From Octopus vulgaris (Eukaryota): a DNA stretch of 64,000 nucleotides. How positions within the stretch are numbered: the stretch's first letter is position 1; every line of letters begins with the position of its first letter. Positions 14,025-28,227 of this stretch are shown in pieces. The position numbers and the translations under genes are program-made. The notes under the pieces were generated by a model that saw only the letters and a list, made by a program, of their open reading frames with translations, made no database searches and was not told the origin of the DNA. Where the stretch lies: assembly GCA_951406725.2 (NCBI GenBank), contig OX597832.1, positions 60,388,001-60,452,000 of the forward strand. Reading direction: 5' to 3'.

Positions 14025-14184
14025 ACGGTAGTTATTGAATCTAGTATATAGATAGGTGTGACAGTCAAAACACAGCTTCCGGCTGGATTTCCTAAATTCT
14101 ATATAAAAGAAAGAAATAAAACACTTGAAACCGGCGTCTTATAGTTCTTGTTATTCCACACCCTTTTACAAAATTAATAATGGT

Positions 14185-14405
14185 AATAATCCTTACTATT
14201 AAAGGCACAAGGCCTGAACTTTGGTGGGTGGGGACTGGTTGAATACATCGACCCCAGTGTTTCACTGGTACTTAATTTATCGACCCCGAAAGGATAAAAG
14301 GCAAAGACGACCTCAGCGGAATTTGAACTCAGAACGTAAAGAGGGATGAAATGTCGCTAAGCATTTTACCCAGCATGCTAACGATTCTGCCAGCTCGCCG
14401 CCTTT
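14185..14405 (-). mobile_element. SINE, family A, full length, followed by decayed copies to about 14945
   Basis: Near-consensus copy with an (AAT)n tail. Confidence 0.9.
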
Positions 14406-14999
14406 ACATGCCGTCTAAATAATGGTTTCTGATATAAGCACAAGTCCAGCAATTTTGAAGGGAGTTGGTAGACAAATATGTACGATCCCCAAGAGGGGTG
14501 AAAGGCAATGACAATTCCAATGAGATTCGAACCTAGAACTTAACGAAATAAACAACAATAATGATTAATACATAGGCACAGCTTGACTCTTTGGGGTGTG
14601 GATGCTTCGAGTCGACTAGATTGACTCTTACGAATAGATAACTCGAATTTATTTTATTAACCCCAGGAGGGTTAGAAATTAAGTTTTGAATTCAGAACAT
14701 AACCAATAATAATAATAATAATAATAATAATTCATAACATATGCACAAGGCCACAACTGGGAGTTTGCGGGAGATGGGTGGGGTGGGGTGGGGGGTTACC
14801 GAGATGTCCACGATATTGATCCAAGTACTTATTACATTTCGAGAAAAGACCCAGAATGATGAAAAACAAACTTGACACTCGGGGTTAGATTCGAACCCAA
14901 TACCACGAAGGAATTTCATCAATCGCTCTATCCATTCGGCCAATCAATTGTGACACGAGTGACAAAGCCACAAACTTTGGGGAGAGGATAGAGTGTATA

Positions 15000-15037
<38 letters not shown>

Positions 15038-15715
15038 TGTGTATATATATATGTGTGTGTGTGCATATACATACATACATGCATGCATATAGATAGATAG
15101 ATATGTACACACATATGTGTGCGTGTGTATATATATATATATACATATCTGTATCTAATTAGAGAGAAATAGTAAGAGAGAGAGAGAGAAAACAAAAGAG
15201 AAGAGGTGGAAGAGAGAGAAGGAGGGAGAGAGAGTGGGTGTATACACGGAAGTAAAAAGCAGAGAGGGTAATATTCATACGATTTTCATTTGTTTTTCGA
15301 AGCCTTAACTTGAAGCTTTTTGACGGAGCTGCTCCGATTGAATATTCAATCACACACACACACACACACGTACTTAATTAGTGTGTATGCGCATGAAGTT
15401 AACCAGTAAGGTGCGTGCGCGTGACAATTACGTCATTTGTAATACAGCATGCATTCGTTATTGACCCGTTCACCTAACAAGTAACATTGCTTAAACACAC
15501 ACACACACACACATTCAGAGCAATTGTCCTCTATTCAGTACTGGACACGTGACAATTCTCAGCCGATTCACTGACCTGAGTGGATTTTGTCATAGTCATT
15601 AAAGCCTTTTGTGGGAACCACTCATTGTGGGGGTTGAGTCTGTTCCGTGGTTATCACTAAGTCGCTTCTGCACTTTCATCCACCCTCCATTGTGTGCGTG
15701 TAATGTGTGTAATGT

Positions 15716-15760
<45 letters not shown>

Positions 15761-15853
15761 TTCATATATCTTTTAAATTCGTTTACAGAAACATTTTGAA
15801 TACGCATATGCTCATATGTATGTATATATGTATAAACATATGTAGGTATATGA

Positions 15854-15941
<88 letters not shown>

Positions 15942-16423
15942 AGAGAGAGAGAGCACTCGTATGTGTTCGAACATGACGTTTTAGTCAAGAGCGCCCATCA
16001 ATAGCGTCATTAGCGCCAAACCCGGTGCTGGGATAAACATCTCTTATAAAGAAGCTGTCACGTTCTGACCACCACCTCTGGATCTCCTGAGACACAGAAA
16101 GAACCACATCGGACAGCGGAAAAATAACAGAGAACAGAGTAGAACGTGTCCACGTCTCTAAACTGCATCATTATGATCATAAACCATCATTGAATGTCAC
16201 ATCACTTTCAACTGGAGATGGCATATCCAGAGCTGTACAACCATAGTTCAAATCTTCTCAACCCATCCATCCATTTTCTCTGCCCATTAATCCTATAAGG
16301 GTCGTGGGTTGGGGCAGAGTGTTCAGAAACCTCTTCTATAAGATCCTAACAGTAGCGACTGTCTTTATACTTTCCAACTGGATTCTCTAGCGTCACTAGC
16401 TGAGACTGTGTATTGGTGTCAAA

Positions 16424-16630
16424 TTTTGGCACAAGGCCAGCAATTTCGAGGCAGGGTGTAAGTCGACTACATTGACCCCAATGTTCAACTGGTACCTATT
16501 TTATCGACCCCGAAAGGATAAAAGATAAAGTCGACCTCGGTGGAATTTGAACTCAGATCGTAAAGACGGACGAAATGTCGCTAAGTTTTTCGCCCGGCGT
16601 GCCACCGATTCTCTTAGCTCACCGCCTTGA
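16424..16630 (-). mobile_element. SINE, family A
   Basis: Near-consensus copy. Confidence 0.88.
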
Positions 16631-17028
16631 GACTATGAATATTATCCAACCATCTGGTTCTTGGTCTTCCCGTAAGTCTTCTGTCGGTTGGCTCGACTTG
16701 AAGGATCCGCCTTGTGATTCTTCGTTTGTGACATTTCCATCATACGTCCGTAGAACTGGAGCCGTTATCTCTGGATGCAGAGAAATAAAACGTCGACCTA
16801 GCCAGACTTCCTGGTCTCCGAGCTACGAACCCAGTCGAATAACGTTACCCCAGAGATCTTTCGAAGGACATACTTTTAGAATCATGTCATTCGTCTTAAT
16901 AATTCATAGAGGTCTACTTGGTGGCACCCGACACCAAGTGGAGGTGACGGTGGTAGCGGCACCGGCGGCGGCAGCAATAGCGGCGGTGGCGGTGCTGAAC
17001 AACCAATAATGACTCCGTTCGATCATAT

Positions 17029-17470
17029 TCTTCTTCTTCTTAATCCTTTTTGCCCCTTGTGGAGCATAGGGCTTCAACAGTTGTTTTCCACTTTTTGCGG
17101 TCATTGGTGTGTTTCTTGGCTGCTTCCCATGTCAGGCCGGTGGTCCTAAGCTCGTCCAAAATGCTCTGCTTGGGGCGTCCTCGCTTCCTTTTCCCCTGCG
17201 GGTTCCAGTCAAGTGCTTATGGTGTCACATTTGAGGGTTCTTTCCGCAGTGTGTATCCGATCCATCTCCATTTCCTTCGTCTAATCTGAACATGTATGGA
17301 CTCTTGGTTGGCTCTTTCCCACAGGTCAGTGTTTGGCACTCTGTCGAACCACTTCAGATGGAGGATCTGCCGGAGACATTTGTTGATGAAGGTCTGGATC
17401 TTCTTGTAGTTGCTGCAGGTGGCTCTCCATGTTTCAGAGCCAAACAAAAGCACAGATTTTGGGTAAAAGT
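17029..17470 (-). mobile_element. 5'-truncated RTE-clade LINE fragment
   Basis: LLFGSETW..KIQTFINKCLRQIL..W.DRVPNTDLW..IRRRKWRWIGYTLRK, then frameshifted LDWNPQGKRKRGRPK, with a (GAA)n tail at about 17029-17040. Confidence 0.9.
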
Positions 17471-17959
17471 CCGATCATATACAGACACAGATATAGGAGG
17501 AGGAGGATGAGGCTTGGTCACTTCCAGCACTTATCTGAAATCTTTCTTGTGTTAGTTTGAAGTCTTAAAGGGGACGAAAACAACAGGAACCAAATCCGAC
17601 CCCAGTTTTTAATTCTACATTTACGAATGGAACCATTCCGGTTCGACTTTTAATTTCAGAATTGATTCAGTAACTTTGGTGGGTATCTATATCAAAACTT
17701 CTGGTACTTTTTTTTCAACTGCTGAAGGATGAAGGCAACAGAATGCCAAGGATCATTAGCGCGACCATCAACGGATCCGGTCCAGCTTATGGTCAGATTA
17801 CATCCCGAACTCTGAAAGCAAATTTCAGTTTTGCACTTTTCAGTCTGGTGTTTAACAATCCGCTCCAGATTAGTTAGATTCTAAGACAAACAAATTCTCT
17901 TCAGCACCACCGTGATGAAGCATTTTGTTATTCGGTGCCGAAAGTAGCAAAAGATAGCA

Positions 17960-17992
17960 TAATGTGCGTATGTGTGTGTCTATATGTGTGTG

Positions 17993-18023
<31 letters not shown>

Positions 18024-18088
18024 AAAATTAGACCCATCTGTTACGCTCAGGCCATCTATCTCTCATGTCTATCTATCTATCTCTATCT

Positions 18089-18121
<33 letters not shown>

Positions 18122-18225
18122 ATATGTGTCTATATGTGTGTGTGTGTGTATGTGTGTGTAAAATTGATCTTAGACCCATCTGTTGCGCTCAGCTAATCTA
18201 TCTCTCATGTCTGTCTATGTATGTA
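17960..18225. repeat. Tandem duplication of a microsatellite-flanked unit
   Basis: TTAGACCCATCTGTT.CGCTCAG...ATCTATCTCTCATGTCT occurs at about 18028 and about 18170. Confidence 0.85.
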
Positions 18226-18317
18226 TGTATGTATGTATGTATGTATGTATGTATGTATGTATGTATGTATGTATCTATATATCTATCTCTTTCTCTCACT
18301 CTCTCTCTACATGTGTA

Positions 18318-18351
<34 letters not shown>

Positions 18352-19051
18352 TGTCTGTCTGTCTGTCTGTCTGTGTGTATACGACACACTTAAGTTTCCA
18401 TTAGTCGTTGGCTAATTTTGGATTTTTGGATATTTTTGGCTGCTACAGGAATTGTGGATTGCCTAACAATAGCGAACTGCTCTCCATCGATGCATTCCTT
18501 GCTGTGGTGATAGATTACAGAAATATCTGATTTGCATCGTTCTGTACAGCCATAAATACATACATATATGCACTTATGTATATACACATACATCGCTACA
18601 TAGATATACATATATATACACATATATACACACACACAGACATATGTAAATGTATATAGAACAACTAGATTCGTTGAATTGGTATGGAATAGAGTATTCC
18701 ACAGACATGCGTACCTCCGATGTAATTCTCCAGAGGAACTAGCGTGTTTGTCTAACAAAGCTGCAACTTTGAATTATGGATGTAATTCATCCTACAGGCT
18801 TCCATACAGTTTCTATTTACTCTGCTTCATTCACAAGGGTTGGGTCGCACCAAGGATATAAAAATGACACTGGATCAAGATGCCAAGCCCCGGAATCGAA
18901 ACCAGGGTCTCAAGACTGAGAGACAAACTTCTTAGGAATTAACTTGAGTATTCTGTACATACGCATAAGCATACGTGCATATATGTGTGTTTGTAATAAG
19001 AAAATGACCGCATGTATATAATATACAACACCAAAATGAACACACATATAC

Positions 19052-19432
19052 AGGTGTAGGCGTGGCTGTGTGGTAAGAAGCGTGTTTCCCAACTACATGG
19101 TTCCGGCTTCAGTCCCACTTCGTGGCACCTTTGATGAGTGTCTTCTACTCTAGCCTCGGGATGACCAAGGCCTTGTGAGTGGATTTGGTAGACAGAAACT
19201 GAAAGAAGCCCGTCGTATATATATATATTTGTGTGTGTGTTTATCCCCCGCTCCCCCATCACTTGACAACCAATGTTGATGTGTTTACGCTCCCGTAATT
19301 TAGCGGTCCAGTAAAAGACACCAACAGAAGATGTACTAGGCTTACAAAGAACAAGTCCTGGGGTCGACTTGTTCAACTAAAGGCAGAGATCCAGCATGGT
19401 CGCAGACACATGCTGAAACAAATAAAGGAATA
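19052..19432 (+). mobile_element. SINE, family C (best-preserved copy)
   Basis: Head GGCGTGGCTGTGTGGTAAGAAG..TTCAGTCCC, then GGCACCTTTGATGAGTGTCTTCTAC and the shared 3' tail. Confidence 0.88.
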
Positions 19433-20645
19433 CAAATTGCTGCATGTATGTGTGTATATATAAAAATATATATATATATACATATGCATACGTATATAAA
19501 TAATATAGATATACATACATGTATGCATGTATATGCATATATATATGTGTGTGTATGTCTGTGTATATATGCGAGAATATGCACGTATGCATGCAGTTTC
19601 ATCCCCACGCACTACCGGCAATATTTTACGGGTTCCTAAAGTGAATATTCCCTTCTACTCTAGACACAAGGCCCGAAATTTTTGCGGAAGAGACCAATCG
19701 ATTATATCGAACCCAGTACGCAACTGGTACTTAATTTATCGATCCCAAAAGGATGAAAGGCAAAGTCTACCTCGGCAGAATTTGTCCTGAAGGGAATAAA
19801 TATTAACTGTATTATTCTCACCAGTTATATAGTGACTAGCAAATGTCTTTGGAATTGTTCCCCAAATCTCTTACTATCTTATAAAGGAATTTCATAGATC
19901 AATACAGGAATTATGGGGAGGCACAGAGTTGATTTTCGTTATGCTTCCTGGAATCTAGCTCCTACTTTGATAAAGAAGATACAAAGGTATATAAAATGAG
20001 CTCCCTAAACAACAATATAATGAGGTGTGTGTGTGTGAAATAAGTGAGTGAGTGAGAACAAAGAGCTCTGTGATACAGAGGGGAATTAGAGAGGTACCAT
20101 GATAAAGTAAGTAATGTGGATTAAGAATCAGTGACTGTGCTGAGAGTGACAGAAAAAAGATTAAGTAATTATAAAATGATAAATAGACAGGAGAAAGATC
20201 CAGGAACTATGAAAGAGAGGTAGAGGGGCTAGTCAATAGGTGGCCAGCAGTTATGATATGCAGTCAAGGAAAAGTAATTGACAGAAGGATAAACAGTGTA
20301 AGAGATGAGAGAGGGAAACAATACAGTGTTCATTCTATACTAAAGAATGAGAATTAGAGAGGAGACTTGATAAAATAAAAGTGTAGAAAATGTGCAAATT
20401 ATAAAGATAGAGGAAAGAAACTTGTGTATGATATTAAAGTGTGTGTGAATGTGTGTCTGTGCATGTGTGTCTGTGCATGTGTGTGTATGTTTGTCTACAT
20501 ATGTTGATAGGAGGATGCTAAAAAAAGACAAGAGGTGAGGTAGAGTTTGACAGAGAGGAAAAGTGGCAGGAAACTAAGAAACAATTGTAACGAATCATTA
20601 AAGATGTGTTAAAAATTTCCTTTGTCTCCTTCTTATCATTTCATG

Positions 20646-20677
<32 letters not shown>

Positions 20678-21500
20678 CAGGGGGAAAGGAAGATAAGATA
20701 TAAGGTTGTATAAGATTCAGAATAATGAGAGAGAGAGAGATAGTAAAGATGTAGAGTAGCCAAACAAATGAAGCCTTTCTCAGACTGATCGATTTTCAAA
20801 ATACAGAGAGGAGAAGAAGTAGTGAATTAGAGTCAATCTTCAAAGTCAATCCTAAAAGTAAATGCTTAAAATAAATCCTTAAAGTGAAGAGAAAGGCTAC
20901 AAAACAACAACAACAACCAATGAAATAGAGGAAAGTCTTGAAATAATATATATATATATGTGCATATACATATTAATGCATATGTGACAGGCTCAGTAAT
21001 TGCTGTGAAATTTTCTCTTTACATGAAAGCAATGGTAGCCTTGTTAATCCATAAATGAAGTATGCGTGTGTGTGCGTGTGTGTAGAATATATAATTAAAT
21101 ATATATATATATATATGTATGTATAATGTTAATGCATTATATATATTCTATATATATATATATATTATAGCATATACATAATATATATACAATATTTAAT
21201 TCATAATATACTGTATATAATGTAAACAACATATATAATGTACATAACAAATGCATATTATACACAAAGTATAAAATGTATATATAATATACAGAGTACT
21301 TACATATACTAATATGTATATATAATGTACATAAAATATGCAATATATACAATATACATAATACATATTGATATATATAACATACATACATATACATACA
21401 CACACAGACACACATATATATGATATCTATAATATACATATATTATGTATGTAACTTATGCAATATATATGATATATGTATACATATATATAATATACTA

Positions 21501-21539
<39 letters not shown>

Positions 21540-21557
21540 CATATACATATGTATCAG

Positions 21558-21589
<32 letters not shown>

Positions 21590-21601
21590 CATATGTATCA
21601 G

Positions 21602-21635
<34 letters not shown>

Positions 21636-21646
21636 CATATGCATCA

Positions 21647-21681
<35 letters not shown>

Positions 21682-22043
21682 TATGTATCAGTATATATAT
21701 ATATATATGCATAGATACTACATATATATGAAGTGTATTATAATCATATTAATATTATATCTATATTATATTTTATTAATTTTCTATGTAAAACAATGTC
21801 TCCATTAATTTACAGTAAGAGATAAATTAATACAAGATGACCTGAAACACAAGGCCACATCACATGGAGTGGAGCTCGGTCAGACTTGATCCAAATCAAC
21901 CTACACCACAACTTCACGGTTAAATTAGTTTATCTATCCTGGAATCAAGTATACACTAAATGTATTAACAGCTTATTTCTCAAATGTCTCTTTTCTTTAG
22001 TTTTATAAAGTAACTTTCAGTCTTCTTATCTCTAAGTTTAATG

Positions 22044-22214
22044 CAGTCATGGACAAACTGCAGACCATCAGCCGTATGTGATCCATGGGAATTTCTGAAT
22101 GGAAGGCCTAACAAAAATTACCTTGAATTTTTTCTAGTAGTGTAGTCCACCTTATGCGGAGCCATGTCTCACATGGCTTGTTCCGACTTCACAAAAAAAG
22201 GTTACAAGTGCCTA
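22044..22214. mobile_element. Decayed hAT/Charlie-type MITE
   Basis: Left end CAGTCATGGACAAACTGCAGACC..GCCGTATGTGATCC and right end AAAAAAGGTTACAAGTGCCTA resemble Charlie-type termini. Confidence 0.6.
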
Positions 22215-22561
22215 GTTAAGTATATCAGACTGAAAAATTTGATGTTCCTAATAATGATAAAAACAGTGAAAAAGAAAAAAAAGAAACCTTTTCTATTAGA
22301 AATAATACAAAAAATAAAAAAATAAAATAATTCCATTCTGTCTGTTTAAAGACTGAATAATGAAACTATAAAATAAGTAATTAAAAAAATATTATATTCA
22401 ATTTGGTTTGTCTGTAATTGGTTGTTTTCACCAAATCTATCATCATTTGATTTTTTTACTTTTTTCGAAAATCTTTTATACAGAATTAATCAAGAAATTA
22501 CACACACACATATAAAAGAAGATAGCAGTAATAATAATAATAATTAATTCGTTTATTTTAA

Positions 22562-22774
22562 ATAAGGGCAGCTTAGGAGAGGTGGGATGAGTCGATTACA
22601 TCAACCCCAGTGCATAACTGGTACTTATTTGATTGACCCTGAAAGGATGACAGGCAAAGTCGACCTCGGTGGGATTTGAACTCAGAACATAGCGATAAAC
22701 AAAATACCACTAAGCATTTCACTAAGTGTGCTAACGATTCTGCTAGCTCGCCATCTTAAAGAATCATAGTAATG

Positions 22775-22818
<44 letters not shown>

Positions 22819-23033
22819 CCTTTTTATTATAGGCACAAGGCCAGAAATTTGGGGGAGGTGATGAGATGATTACATCGACACCAGTACTCAACTGGTATTT
22901 AATTTATCAACCCCGAAAGGATGAAAGGTAAAGTCAACCTAGGCAGAATTTGAACTCAGAGCATAGTGATGGGCAAAATACCGCTAAGCATTTCACCTGG
23001 CATGCTAACAATTCCGCCAGCTCACCACCTTAT

Positions 23034-23079
<46 letters not shown>

Positions 23080-23428
23080 GTTATTTTATTGAGCCCCAAA
23101 AGGATGAAAGGCAAAGTCGACCTTGGAAATGAAGCTCAGAGCATAAAGGCAAATTTTGCATGGCACGCTAATAATTCCGCCAGCTCTCCACCTTAAAAAT
23201 AATAATAATAATCTTTTCTATTATAGATACATAGTCTGAAATTTTGTGGGAAAGGGGTTAATTGATTACATCGACCCCAGCAGGAAAATGGTACTTAGTA
23301 CATTGATCCTAAAAGGATGAAAGACAAAGTCCACCTCTGCGGCATTTGAACTCTGAAGATCAAGATGGAAGAAGTGTTGCTAAGCATACTCTCCAGTGCG
23401 CTAACGATTCTGAAAGCTTGCTGCCTTA
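22562..23428 (-). mobile_element. Head-to-tail array of four family-A SINEs
   Basis: Copies at about 22562-22759, 22818-23030, 23080-23195 (truncated) and 23212-23428, separated by (AAT)n. Confidence 0.92.
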
Positions 23429-24415
23429 ATAATATTAATATTAATATTAATGAGATAGGTTTAATAAACAAGAGACAGGAAGAAAAGTAGACAGAGAAAA
23501 ACAAATGTCAAAATAAAGTTGGAGAAAAAAAAAATGGAAGAAAAGCAGAAGATAAGGCAGACATATTGAAATTTTCTGGTTTTTTTTTGTTTTTTTACAA
23601 AAAATATACACAAAGTAAAATTAAAGATGTAATTTATTCCTGATTTATTTAAATTTTGTTTGTTTTGTTTTCATTTTGTATTTTACTGATTCTTTTTTTT
23701 TTGTTGTTAGCCATCATAGTAAAGACACAAGAATGGAGAAAGAGAGAGAGAGATAGAGAGAGGGAGAGAGAGAGAGAGGAACATGGAGTGTGACAAAGAG
23801 AGAAGACAGTGAAGATTTACATGTTTTATTTTTACATTAAAGAGAAAAATAGTTTGAGGGTATTTTGAATAAGTGATGTTCATGCATTTTCCTCACAATT
23901 GCCAGAAGTTGTTAAATATAGCTGAGAGATTAAATTTAGAAAGGAAACAAAATGGTGAAACCATCAATGAAGAACTGGAACCAATAATTACAGAAATTCA
24001 ATTCCCAAAGGAATCTTACCTCTTGCTTAGCATTCCTCCCCAATGATGGCAGAAGACAGTAAAACAATAATATATTCTAGGGGTATGAAATAAAGGGGGA
24101 TTTCTGAGTGAGAGGAAAGAGCTGAATTAGAGAAAGGATAGAAGAAAACAAACACTATTAAAGGAATAGGAGGAATATGTGTGCTACTGTTTCCTGAGGA
24201 GAACTTCCAGAAATATGGTGTGAGCATACATATACATATATAAATACAAACATACATACATATACGCATGTATCTGTATATTAATTGAAGTTTACAGTAT
24301 AATATATCCATTATAGCTGATCTTATCAATTAGTTTCACACTAAGGGTTCAACAGTGTTAGATAACAGTCCGATTATATAACCCTGTGCTCATCAGAGGC
24401 AGCCATATACATACA

Positions 24416-24449
<34 letters not shown>

Positions 24450-24852
24450 CATACATCCATACATATATATATATAAATTTATGTGTAAATACACACACAC
24501 ACATGTATATATAAATTTATGTAAAAATATATACATACATATATATACACACATGTATATATAAATTTATGTAAAAATATATACATACATATATATATAT
24601 ATACACACATATATATATACACATATATACGTATATGTAAATATACATATATATAAATATATAGACACTTATATATAGACACACATATATATATATATAT
24701 ACATATACATAAATATGTATATACATACACACATATATATACATAATTATATATATGTACTTTTACATACACACTATATAGATATACATATCATCATCAT
24801 CATCTATATATATATATGTACGTATACATATATATACATATACACACACGTG

Positions 24853-24907
<55 letters not shown>

Positions 24908-25071
24908 ACACAATGTTATAGGAAGCTTATTACTCCACAGTATACACTTCTGTAAGGCTTTGTCAGTGGAAGAGCTCCACATGTATCTGTGTAAATTATT
25001 TGGCATGTGAATCTATACTATAAGTATTGTTAAGTAAACATCATATATACATATATATGTAAATATATGTA

Positions 25072-25151
<80 letters not shown>

Positions 25152-25795
25152 AAGATAGACAGAGAGGAATTTATGTGGTGTTTATATAGAAATGTATATT
25201 GTGTGCATGTGTATTTATAACTGGGAGTTAATGTTTAATAAAACAGTAAAGGCTTTTAAGGATACATTTGGAGAACCCGTCATTGAGACTTAAAGAGTAT
25301 GCTCTCTCGGGGTGATGTATTCTGATTCCATCTCTTCTCACCCTTTTTTCCACCTGACCATCTTTGATACATCTTTGAGTATCAGACACCATTTTTAGCA
25401 AACTTTTTTAAAGGCTTGAAAACGTGTCCTTACATATATATATATACATATATGTACGTATGTTTGTGTGTGTATATGTATATAGGTGTCTGTGTGCATA
25501 TATACATAAGTGCGTGTGTGTGTATATATGAAAGCATATATATATATATATGTGTGTGTGTAAATATACACAAGTTCAGACACCCCACAACTATGTATAT
25601 GTATGCATATGTATGTATATATAAGTTATATATGTATGTGTGTGCGTGTATATATATATAGATATATACATATCTTTTATCTTTTACTTGTTTCAGTCAT
25701 TGGACTGTGGCCATGCTGGGGCACCACCTTGAATTTTTAGTCGAATGAATCACCCTCAGTACTTATGTTTGAAGCCTGATACTTATTCTAAATAT

Positions 25796-25870
<75 letters not shown>

Positions 25871-26349
25871 CATATATATATTTATATATATATGCACACA
25901 TATGTACATAACTTACATAGGTTCCTTGCTATTTTGGTTCCATGGCACCACTTGGAGATGCTTTTTAAATCATATTTTATGACACTGTATCCTGCTCTAG
26001 AATGGAGTTGTTGTTGGCCAAAATATATCTTGGAGTTTGGTTGGCTTGTCTGGAATTTGTCTAGGTACCATTTAAATGTATGAAATATTTTCATTGATTT
26101 CTCGCAGGATGATTTTGAGTAAATTAGGACTGTTTGACATAAATGCACGTTGCAATATTATGTGCTGTAAGTTCAATTCTTAAAAGGGATGTATGGTGCA
26201 AGGACCTAGTCTTGGGTGATTTGATAATTTGATGCCACCATCATTTGATCAATACTTCCAAATTGTAAAAATAGTATAATGCACCTGCTGGATTTGGAGA
26301 GAATAGAATTCAAGATCTTTGAAATCAGCCCAATAATCATCTGAGCTGA

Positions 26350-26575
26350 TTAACTCTTTAACATTTGAACTGGCCATATTCAGCCGAAATATTCTACTTG
26401 ATTTATGTTTAAACTGGCCACTCTGGCCTCGCACACCTACCTTATAAATGTCATTCTAAAAATAAACTATCAATCATCAAAATCTTGAAGCCACAAGATA
26501 ATGCATTATTAATTCAAAACAATATGAAGAAACAATGATTTGATTTGACAAAATAATCTGAATACTGGTGGGGGA
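26350..26575. mobile_element. Decayed TTAA-type (piggyBac-like) MITE
   Basis: It starts TTAACTCTTTAACATTTGAAC, resembling TTAACCCTTT termini. The right end is degenerate. Confidence 0.45.
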
Positions 26576-26720
26576 TCAAGTTCTTGTAATGTCTTGTCTT
26601 GTAGATGGAAACCACAGCAAATAGTAGTATTCAAGGTGAGACCAACACTGAAGGATGATGGCATCAGGATCTTTCTCTCTCTCTCTCTTGCTCTTTCTTT
26701 ATATATGTATATATATATTT

Positions 26721-26925
26721 ATGAAAATTTAGCAGAAGTTACAGAGTGAGTCAAGATCCAAGAGTTTTGTGCATTGGCACTTAATAAAGTAGTCACAAAC
26801 CTTCAGCCTGTGAGTTTATAGAGCTAAACTTAGAAGCCATCGACCTGTGGCTACTTTGATTAATGCCAACACATGAAACTATCAGGCATTGAGTCAACTG
26901 ATTACTTCTGCTGCTAAACTTTCAT
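26721..26925. repeat. About 205-bp imperfect palindrome (foldback element)
   Basis: The left arm ATGAAAATTTAGCAGAAGT..TTGGCACTTAATAAAGTAGTCACA pairs with the right arm TGTGGCTACTTTGATTAATGCCAA..ACTTCTGCTGCTAAACTTTCAT. Confidence 0.85.
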
Positions 26926-26984
26926 TAAAAAATACATATACTCATTTTTTGAATTCTATTTTTCCTGTTTCCACCAACATACCT

Positions 26985-27033
<49 letters not shown>

Positions 27034-27378
27034 TAAACAGATATATACAGGTTTGCCAGATAAAATGTGTTCGTCTTTTTCTCCATTTATTCTGATCCTT
27101 TCCAATATTATTTGAATTACCGGAAAAAAATATTTTAATATTTCAATTGTAGAGTTTTAAAGCATCTTTTTTCTTTCCTTTCGTAACACTGTTCTTCTGC
27201 AACAGCTACTGCTTATTTTTTTTAAAATTTAAATATAATTATACCATTTTCAGACATTAGATGATTGAAAACAATTAAAAATATATAAAAAGAAATAAAA
27301 AGCGAACAAGTTTATCTGACAACATAATATATCAAACATACATACATATACATACATATATATATGTGTATGAGTATG

Positions 27379-27424
<46 letters not shown>

Positions 27425-27999
27425 AAGATATCTACACATATGCCAGTATGCCATTTGTATAAACACACACACACACACACATGGTTTCTATATTTCTATA
27501 AGACTAATACTAATCAAATTTAGAGTACTCTACTAAATTGATGAAGAGACTATATATATCTAAAGTTATAAAATACAGTGGAACTCACTACTCTGAGCTT
27601 TTGGATGGGAAAATTTATCAGAAAAATTTAAAATCTTTTTTTGTGTTTACATACATATGCACACACACACACACATATGTATATCTATCTATCTATCTAT
27701 CTATCTATATCTATCTACCTATCTATCTATCTATAGATAGGTGTATAGGTAGATATACCTCTAAAAGTTCAAGAGATATATGACTATTTTTAGTCATGCT
27801 AATACCACACAAAAGAACAATTTTGGTTGAATTTATACTATACTCAGATGATATCCATCCAACAGTTAAATTTGACCCTGATGAAGCAGGACTGGTAATT
27901 AGCACCAAGATGCACAATTTGCAGTGTGCATCAGCTTGCAGCAGAAATGTGCATGTGTTGTAACAAAGACAGACGTGACTAACTATATAAGAAAACTTG

Positions 28000-28184
28000 G
28001 TGAGTCAACAAGGCTACCACTGGTTTCATGCAGAGAGAAATTTCCCAGCAATGACCAAGCCTTCCATCTTGAAGAAGAAGAATGCCTTCAAGATGCAGAC
28101 AAGAATGAACATCCATGAGACAGGTTTGAGAATTGCTTAGAAATTTCTCTGCGTATGAAACCAATGGTAGCCTTGTTAACCCAC
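28000..28184. mobile_element. MITE with about 60-bp terminal inverted repeats
   Basis: AACAAGGCTACCACTGGTTTCATGCAGAGAGAAATTTC pairs with GAAATTTCTCTGCGTATGAAACCAATGGTAGCCTTGTT. A solo arm of the same family lies at about 20985-21055. Confidence 0.85.
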
Positions 28185-28191
28185 AAATATA

Positions 28192-28227
<36 letters not shown>

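Noticed and set aside
21810-21845. Minus-strand acceptor-like tgtgtttcag giving a short phase-1 peptide
   Set aside because: An isolated signal running into TA-rich low complexity, with no other support.
22562-23428. Repeat array as a CRISPR-like locus
   Set aside because: The units are about 200-bp SINEs with AAT linkers; there are no unique spacers or cas genes, and the context is eukaryotic.
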